DNA of 64,000 nucleotides from an uncultured delta proteobacterium (GTDB lineage: Bacteria; Myxococcota_A; Polyangia; Polyangiales; Polyangiaceae): positions 3,968,001 to 4,032,000 of the forward strand of contig CAWAIF010000003.1 in the NCBI GenBank assembly GCA_963782055.1. Direction: 5' to 3'. Below the pieces are notes generated by a model. It did not search any database and was not told the origin of the DNA. It saw only the letters and a program-made list of their open reading frames with translations. This document shows positions 56,443 through 64,000 of the stretch, piece after piece. Both the position numbers and the translations under genes were made by a program. Every line of letters begins with the position of its first letter. Position 1 is the first letter of the stretch.

Positions 56443-56544
56443 GCTTGTCTTCGTCCCTCGAGGGGCGTCGCAGCCCTCGCTGCACGCCCGATGCGGCCCG
56501 TGACGGTAACGGGCGCGGGGCGAACGGGTCAAGGCGCCAAGTTG

Positions 56545-56574
56545 TTGACCCCGCCCATGGCGGCCCTCTACCCT
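56545..56574 (+). promoter_or_regulatory. Sigma70 promoter (leaderless type) of the roadblock-aroQ unit
   Basis: TTGACC-N18-TACCCT, 7 nt before ATG 56582. Confidence 0.55.
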
Positions 56575-56581
56575 TCCAGCC

Positions 56582-56938
56582 ATGTTCAAAGAAGCGCTCA
56601 AAGACCTCGTCGACCACGTCGATGGGGGGCTCGCGAGCCTGCTCATGGACTCGAGCGGCATCGCCCTTGAAAGCTACGCGAAGGAAGGAGCGCCCTTCGA
56701 CATCGACACCATCGGCGTCGAGTTCAGCGTCGTCATCGGCGCGATCAAGCGGGCGAGCGAGATGCTCGAGGCAGGCGACGCGCGCGAGATGGCGGTCGCG
56801 ACCGAGAAGATGATCACGCTCATCCGCATGGTGGGCGACGGCTACTTCCTCGCGCTGACGATGCAGCCCGACGGCAACTTCGGCAAGGGGCGCTACCTGA
56901 TGCGCACCGCCGTGCCGAAGCTCGCGCAGGACCTCTGA
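56582..56938 (+). CDS. Roadblock/LC7 (MglB-like) protein
   Basis: VDGGLASLLMDSSGIALESY, YFLALTM..GNFGKGRYLMR. Confidence 0.85.
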   Translation: MFKEALKDLVDHVDGGLASLLMDSSGIALESYAKEGAPFDIDTIGVEFSVVIGAIKRASEMLEAGDAREMAVATEKMITLIRMVGDGYFLALTMQPDGNFGKGRYLMRTAVPKLAQDL

Positions 56939-56953
56939 CCGCAGGGGCCCCGC

Positions 56954-57397
56954 GTGCCGGCTCGCGTCCTGTGCATCTCCGGCCCCAACCTGCAGCTTCT
57001 GGGGACGCGTGAGCCGGAGGTGTACGGCCCGGAGACGCTGGCGCAGATCCACGGGCGCCTCGTCGCCCGCGGCAAGCAGCTCGGTGTGCGGGTGACCGTC
57101 CGGCAGTCCAACCACGAGGGACGCATCGTCGCCTGGCTGGGCGCGGCGCGCGGCTCCTACGACGGCCTGCTGCTCAACGCCGGCGGCTACACGCACACCT
57201 CGGTCTCCATCCTCGACGCGCTGCGCGCCTCCGGGTTGCCCTGCGTGGAGGTGCACCTCTCCAACCCGGAGGCCCGCGAGCCGTTCCGCCACGTCTCCAT
57301 TTTGGCTGCTGCGTGCGTGGGGAAGGTGTGCGGCTTCGGAGGCGAGAGCTACCTGCTCGCCCTCGAGGGGCTGGTCTCGCGCCTCGCGCGCGCGTAG
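56954..57397 (+). CDS. aroQ: Type II 3-dehydroquinate dehydratase
   Basis: [43 protein letters not shown]. Confidence 0.95.
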   Translation: MPARVLCISGPNLQLLGTREPEVYGPETLAQIHGRLVARGKQLGVRVTVRQSNHEGRIVAWLGAARGSYDGLLLNAGGYTHTSVSILDALRASGLPCVEVHLSNPEAREPFRHVSILAAACVGKVCGFGGESYLLALEGLVSRLARA

Positions 57398-57480
57398 CGC
57401 GGTTCGCAGCGAGACCTGCCCGGCCCGCGCCGTGGAATTGCTGCCCCCCGTCGCGGCCCCTTCGGCTACAGTGCCGCGCC

Positions 57481-57924
57481 GTGAGCTGGGACAACGACAC
57501 CATCCGCTCCTTGCTCGATCTACTCATCGAGAAGGATATCGCCGAGTTCGAGCACGAGGACGAAGGCGCGCGCATCAAGATCGTCCGCGGTGCCCGCGCC
57601 GTGGTCGCCCAAGCGCCCGTCCACGCGGCCCCCTCCCCCGCCGCGCCCGCCAGGGCGGCGGCGCAGGAGGAGACGCCCGCCGACGTGGTCGACGTGACCA
57701 GCCCGTTCGTCGGGACGTTCTACCGCGCGCCCAGCCCGGACACGCCCACCTTCGTGGAGATGGGCTCGGTGGTGCGCCCCGGGCAGAGCCTCTGCATCAT
57801 CGAGGCGATGAAGCTCATGAACGAGATCGAGGCGGAGTGCTCCGGCACCATCGTCGAGATCTTCGCGCAGAACGGCAAGGCCGTGGAGTTCGGCCAGAAG
57901 CTCTTCCGCATCAAGAAAGCCTGA
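57481..57924 (+). CDS. accB: Biotin carboxyl carrier protein
   Basis: [30 protein letters not shown]. Confidence 0.95.
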   Translation: MSWDNDTIRSLLDLLIEKDIAEFEHEDEGARIKIVRGARAVVAQAPVHAAPSPAAPARAAAQEETPADVVDVTSPFVGTFYRAPSPDTPTFVEMGSVVRPGQSLCIIEAMKLMNEIEAECSGTIVEIFAQNGKAVEFGQKLFRIKKA

Positions 57925-57941
57925 CCCTTTCGTTTCGGCCG

Positions 57942-59303
<1,362 letters not shown>

Positions 59304-59367
59304 GTCGCGCTCGAAGGGCTGGTCGTTCGCGCCCGGCCCCTCAGGCCCGTAGCGCGCGACCCCGACG

Positions 59368-60681
59368 CTAGTTGCCCTCCCAGCGGAGGCTCTCGCCCTG
59401 CACGCCGGCGATCTTCTGCTGGTTCATCCCGGAGGTGTTGCTCGTGAACAGGCCGCCGCCGCTGCGCGTGGAGAAGAAGGCCACCAGCCGCCCGTCGGGC
59501 GAGCACGCCGGGTAGGTGTTGGACCCCTGGTTCTGCGTGAGGCGCTTCATGCCGCTGCCGTCGGGGTTGACGCTGAAGATGTCCCACGTCCCGCCGTCCC
59601 GGCCCATGAAGAGGATCTTGGTGCCGTTCTCCGGATCGTTGCACCACACCGGCGCCATGTTGTACGTCCCGCGCGAGCTGACGCGCTTGCCCGCGACGTA
59701 GATCTGCGGATTGCCGCTGTGGTTGGAGACGTACGCGAGCTGCCCGCCCGGGCCGAAGGCGGGGTGCGTGTTCAGCCCGCCCGTCGTCGTGCGCGCGAGG
59801 TTGCTGCCATCGGAGGCGCCCACCCAGATGTCGCTCTGGCCGCTCTGCGAGATGACCAGCGCCATCTTCCCCGCGCCGAAGGCCACGCCGAAGATGAGGC
59901 CGGCCTTGCGCACGACGGGCGCCGGCGTGCCCACCTTGAAGAGGGCGTAGCTGCCGTCGGGCATGCCACCGGCGTAGTAGACGCCGCCGGGGCCGATGGC
60001 GGGGGCGAGGGCGACGTTGGTGGACGCGTGGAGGCGACCCAGGCCCGCGCCGTCACTCTCGACGGTGAAGATGCCCTTCTGGCCGCGGCCGGTGGTGGCG
60101 GAGAACACCAGCCGCGTGCCGAAGCTGGACGCCGTGCCGGTGAACCACTTGATGACCTCGTTGACGAACTTGTGCACCGCGACGCGCACGCCGCCGGCGG
60201 GGACGTCGTAGTCACGCTTGAGCACCGCGCCGGCGCCGCGCGAGACGACGAAGAGGCGAAGCTCCACGTGGAGCGTCGAGCCCCGGACGGCGGTGAAGCC
60301 CTTGATCACCCCCTCCGCCCCGACGTTGCGCCACGAGCTCGGGTCGATGGAGTTCTCGCCCTCGACGCCCAGGTTGGCGGTGAAGCTCTTCGGATCGAGC
60401 ACCTGGAACATGCTGGAGAGCACGAAGTCGCGGCTCTCGATCTCCACGCCCTTCTTGCCGCTCCCGGCGTCCCCGCCCCAGTCGGGCAGGGCGATCTTGA
60501 ACAGGGAGCGGTTGCCGCCGGAGACGACGATCTGCGTGACCGCGCCGCCGGTGGGCTGCGTGGCGGTGGGGAGCGCGCTCGGCGCTGCGGCGGGCTGCTG
60601 GGCGCGCGCCGGGGCGGCGACCGAGAGGGCCCAGGCGCCGAGGGCGGCCAGCAAGATCGGGGCGAGCTTTCTTACCTGCAT
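59368..60681 (-). CDS. tolB: Tol-Pal beta-propeller protein TolB
   Basis: Signal peptide, TolB_N-like domain (W..VGAEGVIKG, VHKFVNEV), PD40 repeats (PACSPDG), operon position. Confidence 0.8.
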   Translation of the reverse strand: MQVRKLAPILLAALGAWALSVAAPARAQQPAAAPSALPTATQPTGGAVTQIVVSGGNRSLFKIALPDWGGDAGSGKKGVEIESRDFVLSSMFQVLDPKSFTANLGVEGENSIDPSSWRNVGAEGVIKGFTAVRGSTLHVELRLFVVSRGAGAVLKRDYDVPAGGVRVAVHKFVNEVIKWFTGTASSFGTRLVFSATTGRGQKGIFTVESDGAGLGRLHASTNVALAPAIGPGGVYYAGGMPDGSYALFKVGTPAPVVRKAGLIFGVAFGAGKMALVISQSGQSDIWVGASDGSNLARTTTGGLNTHPAFGPGGQLAYVSNHSGNPQIYVAGKRVSSRGTYNMAPVWCNDPENGTKILFMGRDGGTWDIFSVNPDGSGMKRLTQNQGSNTYPACSPDGRLVAFFSTRSGGGLFTSNTSGMNQQKIAGVQGESLRWEGN

Positions 60682-61466
60682 CGTGAGGTGTCTCCGTGCA
60701 TATCACCAGCGAGGGCGATGTTCACCGTACGACCGGCGAACTGATCCGCCACCTCCGGTGGAGGCTCCGGCAAGGTGGTGCGTTCGTCCAGCAGCTTTTG
60801 CAGCATCGATCGGGCGGAGTCGTCGAAGAGGTCGTTCCCGCTCTTGCGGATGGGCATCTCGCGCAGGTGCCAGACGAACATGCGCGGGCTGATGTTGACC
60901 TGGTAGACGACGCAGAGCTTCGAGGCGTCCGCCTGCGAGATGACGGTCGGGATCTGCCAGCGCTGGTGGAAGAAGGCGCCGAGCTTGGCGGCGTACATGT
61001 CGCCCGCGTGGACCTTGCTCGGGTCGGTCTCGGTGCCGCCGTCGATGCCCTCCGGGCTGCCCTGATCCGGAGGGGGCGGGCCGCCGTCCTCGGCGAAGGG
61101 GTCGTTCTTGGCGAAGCGCTGCGTCTGGTCCGACTCCTTGGCGTCCGGCGGAGGCGCGCCGGCGTCCGGAGGCGGGGGCTTGGGGTTATCGCGCGAGACG
61201 TTGATCTGGTGCTTGGGCGCCGTGTTGTGGTGCGGCACCAGCCGGTCGGGGAGCTGGTTGGGGTCCAGGGGCTTGCCGAGCTTGAGGAGGTTGGCCGCGA
61301 TGACGGGCGTCGCGACCGCGGCCTTGTCGTCTTCGTCGGACGAGAGCGGGTGCACGATGTTCATCACCACCAGGAGCGCGGGGATCGCGTGCAGCGCCAC
61401 GGCCAGCGCCACGCCGACGGCGATCTCGTCTCCCGAGTAGTGGGGCATCACTAGCTTGGACGGCAC
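60672..61466 (-). CDS. tolA: TolA/TonB-like protein
   Basis: N-terminal TM with His (ALAVALHAIP), Pro-rich linker, C-terminal WQIP..SGNDLFDDSA..LPEPP. Confidence 0.7.
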   Translation of the reverse strand: MPSKLVMPHYSGDEIAVGVALAVALHAIPALLVVMNIVHPLSSDEDDKAAVATPVIAANLLKLGKPLDPNQLPDRLVPHHNTAPKHQINVSRDNPKPPPPDAGAPPPDAKESDQTQRFAKNDPFAEDGGPPPPDQGSPEGIDGGTETDPSKVHAGDMYAAKLGAFFHQRWQIPTVISQADASKLCVVYQVNISPRMFVWHLREMPIRKSGNDLFDDSARSMLQKLLDERTTLPEPPPEVADQFAGRTVNIALAGDMHGDTSRCR

Positions 61467-61476
61467 GGGGCTTGTT

Positions 61477-61902
61477 CTACTTCACGATGAGCGGGTCGGT
61501 TACCATTCCGAGCTTCTCCACCCCGGCCGTACGGGCCGCGGCCATGACGCGGAGCACGGCGCCGTACTTCACGTTCTCGTCGGCCTGGATGTAGAGCTCC
61601 TTCTGTTCCTGGAGCTTGGCGTTGGTCTTGAGCTTCGTCTCGACGTCGCCGGTGATCTCGTCCTTGCCCAGATAGACGTGCTCGTCGCTCGTGATGATCA
61701 CCATGAGCTTCGTGTCGTCCGTGGGCATGGGCGCGCTCTTGACCTTGGGGAGGTCCACGGTGACGCCCGTCGTGAGCAGCGGCGCGGTCACCATGAAGAT
61801 GACCAGCAAGACCAGCATCACGTCGATGAGGGGCGTGACGTTGATCTCGTTCATCCCGCCGAGGCGCTTGCCGCGCCTGCCCGCCGCGACGCCGGCGCCC
61901 AC
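61477..61902 (-). CDS. tolR: TolR/ExbD protein
   Basis: EINVTPLIDVMLVLLVIFMVTAP, VDLP, QADENVKYG. Confidence 0.9.
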   Translation of the reverse strand: MGAGVAAGRRGKRLGGMNEINVTPLIDVMLVLLVIFMVTAPLLTTGVTVDLPKVKSAPMPTDDTKLMVIITSDEHVYLGKDEITGDVETKLKTNAKLQEQKELYIQADENVKYGAVLRVMAAARTAGVEKLGMVTDPLIVK

Positions 61903-61903
61903 G

Positions 61904-62671
61904 CTACACCCCCCCGAGCCTCGCGCGGGCGGCGACGTCGGCCGCGAACCCCTCGAGGGTGTCGGCGAGCACCTGCACGCGACGCGCGAAGTAGTTGTAC
62001 GCCATGACCGCAGGGATGGCCGCGACGAGACCGATCGCGGTCGCGATGAGGGCCTCGGCGATCTTTGGCGCGACCACCGGGAGGTTGGCGTTCTGCTGGT
62101 TCCCGATGCTCAAGAACGCGTCCATGATGCCGTAGACCGTGCCGAAGAGGCCGATGAACGGCGAGGTCGAGCCGATGGTGCCGAGCACGCTCATCCACGA
62201 CTCCAGGTGCGCCACTTCCCTCGCGGCCGCGCGGCGCGTCGCGCTCTCCACGTGCGTGCTCTGCGCGTCGTCGAGGCGCGCCATCACCCCGCCGGTGAGC
62301 CGGCGCATCTCGTCGTAGCCGACGGCGAAGATCCGCGCGAGCGGCGAGCCGCGGAACTCGGCGATGCCCTGGGCCATGGCGTCGAAGCCCACCGCCCCGT
62401 CGAACGCCTTCATGAAGCGGGTGGTCTCCATCTTGGCGCGAGTGAGGTGCAGCGCCTTCGCGCCGATCACCAGCCAGCACGCCACCGAGAAGGCGACGAG
62501 CACCAGGAGGACGATCTTGACCGGCACCGACGCGTTGAGAACGAGCTGCGTCGGGTCGAGCTTGGGGTGATCGGAAGCGTCCGGCCCCACCTGCAAGGCG
62601 AGCGAGCCGAGCGACCCCGTGAGGGAGTGGAGCGAGAAAGCGGAGCCCGTAGCGAAGAACACGTCGCGCAT
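61904..62671 (-). CDS. tolQ: TolQ (MotA/TolQ/ExbB) protein
   Basis: TIGSTSPFIGLFGTVYGIM, VVAPKIAEALIATAIGLVAAIPAV. Confidence 0.92.
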   Translation of the reverse strand: MRDVFFATGSAFSLHSLTGSLGSLALQVGPDASDHPKLDPTQLVLNASVPVKIVLLVLVAFSVACWLVIGAKALHLTRAKMETTRFMKAFDGAVGFDAMAQGIAEFRGSPLARIFAVGYDEMRRLTGGVMARLDDAQSTHVESATRRAAAREVAHLESWMSVLGTIGSTSPFIGLFGTVYGIMDAFLSIGNQQNANLPVVAPKIAEALIATAIGLVAAIPAVMAYNYFARRVQVLADTLEGFAADVAARARLGGV

Positions 62672-62847
62672 GGCGCGTCACGATTACCCGGAACCCGGCC
62701 CGGTGTCACGGCCCCCGTGCCCGCCGGCGCGGCGTCGCCTGGTCCGTCGCGTGGGACACGCGGCGTTCTTCCCCGGCGCGGCCGCCGAGCACCGAAGGGG
62801 GCTCGTGCTTCCGGCCCCGCCGCGTGGTATGCGCGGGGTCCGGACCG

Positions 62848-63294
62848 ATGCGCGCTCCCCTCGCCCTCCTCCTCTTGCTCGTCCTGGCCGCCTGCAGCAG
62901 CACCACGTCCACCTCGTCGGTGGTGGTGCCGACGGGCATCGTCGTCTCGGCGGACGATGTGGTCGGCGGGCGCGGCTGCGGCGCCGCCAGCGGCCAGGTC
63001 TACAAGTACGTCGCCGCCATCGCCACGCGGGACGCGCCGCAGCAGGTGCTCGGCGCCGAGGTGTACGACTGCTTCGCCGACGCGACCTTCGTCAACCTGA
63101 CCGACGCCACCAGCGACTACACCGTGACGGTGCTCGCCTTCGACGCGGCGAGCTACCAGGCGAACCAGGACGCCATCGAGGGCGAGCCGGGCGCCATCGA
63201 CGCCCTCGCCCCCTCCGCCCGGTGGAAGACGACGTGTGACGCCACGCTCTCGCCCAACGTGCAGGTGCTGGCAGCCTGCGCGCCCCTGCAATGA
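62848..63294 (+). CDS. Hypothetical Cys-containing lipoprotein
   Basis: Lipobox LAAC and four further Cys. Confidence 0.7.
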   Translation: MRAPLALLLLLVLAACSSTTSTSSVVVPTGIVVSADDVVGGRGCGAASGQVYKYVAAIATRDAPQQVLGAEVYDCFADATFVNLTDATSDYTVTVLAFDAASYQANQDAIEGEPGAIDALAPSARWKTTCDATLSPNVQVLAACAPLQ

Positions 63295-63344
63295 ACGCGC
63301 GCGCGCAGCTTGCGTGAGCAATCCGCCGACCCTACGCTACGAGC

Positions 63345-64000
63345 ATGGACGGCCCCGCAGTTGCGTTCCCGCGGCCGGGACGCGCCCTCAAGCTGGTGCT
63401 CGTCCTGTACGCCGTGCTCGGCGTGCTCGTCGGCCTGGTGGTCAACCTGGTGCCGCGCGGGGGCGCGATCCTGCCGTGGCTCGTCTGTGCCCCGTCCACG
63501 GTGCTCAGCCGCCCCTGGACGCTGCTCACCGCCGGTCTGCTCACCAGCTGGGAGAGCTACACCCACCTGCTCTTCACCCTCGCCGGCTTCTACTTCCTCG
63601 GCCCCGAGCTGGAGCGGCAGTGGGGCCCGTCACGCTTCCTGCGCTTCATCGCGCTGAGCATCGTCGGCGGCTTCGGGCTCTCCCTGTTCATCGCGCGCTT
63701 CGCGCCGGAGGGCGCGGGCCTCTTCCACCCGCAGTTCATGCTCGGGCCGGGGGCGGCGCTGGCCGGGCTGGGCGCCGCCTGGGGGCGGGAGAAGCCCTAC
63801 GCGGAGATCCGCCTCTTCTTCGTGCTGCCCATCTCCGGGCGGGTCCTGGTGTGGATCACCCTCGGCTTCTGCGCGCTCGGCCTCGTCTATCCGCACGGCA
63901 TCCCGGAGGGTGTCGTCGCGCCGTTCGGCGGGTTCCTCGCGGGGATCCTGCTCGGCGGCACACCCTCGCCGCTGCGCGCGATCTACCTGCGCACCAAGCT
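63345..64000 (+). CDS. Rhomboid-fold membrane protein lacking the catalytic dyad (partial)
   Basis: Manual translation: RPWTLLT, HLLFT, FLGPELERQWG..RFL, MLGPGAA, IRLFFVLPI, VVAPFGGFLAG. Confidence 0.8.
   Translation, partial: MDGPAVAFPRPGRALKLVLVLYAVLGVLVGLVVNLVPRGGAILPWLVCAPSTVLSRPWTLLTAGLLTSWESYTHLLFTLAGFYFLGPELERQWGPSRFLRFIALSIVGGFGLSLFIARFAPEGAGLFHPQFMLGPGAALAGLGAAWGREKPYAEIRLFFVLPISGRVLVWITLGFCALGLVYPHGIPEGVVAPFGGFLAGILLGGTPSPLRAIYLRTK

Overview
High-GC (about 75% by eye) chromosomal segment of a myxobacterium, most likely Polyangiales, inferred from the gene repertoire. It holds about 65 genes and two tRNAs (Pro-GGG, Leu-CAA). Housekeeping genes include argC-argB-hisH-hisA, uvrA, deoC with two aldehyde dehydrogenases, rpsU, ppx, queD, map, recN, hisF, aroQ-accB-accC and tolQRAB. 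Accessory genes include a DUF2760/double Hsp70-like/TerB cluster, an octaheme cytochrome c with a thioredoxin-TPR partner, and FHA, kinase and HEAT proteins. I saw no CRISPR array, transposase, integrase or prophage. The most notable observations are: (1) an orphan membrane protein whose C-terminus looks like a phage baseplate-J/gp47 domain; (2) an unannotated 33-aa acidic micropeptide behind a sigma54 promoter; (3) a pervasive leaderless-type TAnnnT-N6-9-start architecture; (4) a structured candidate RNA leader behind a TTGACA promoter; (5) five apparent pseudoenzymes in the last 15 kb (Fic, kinase, histidine kinase, aconitase, rhomboid). All family calls come from motif recognition by eye, not from database searches.
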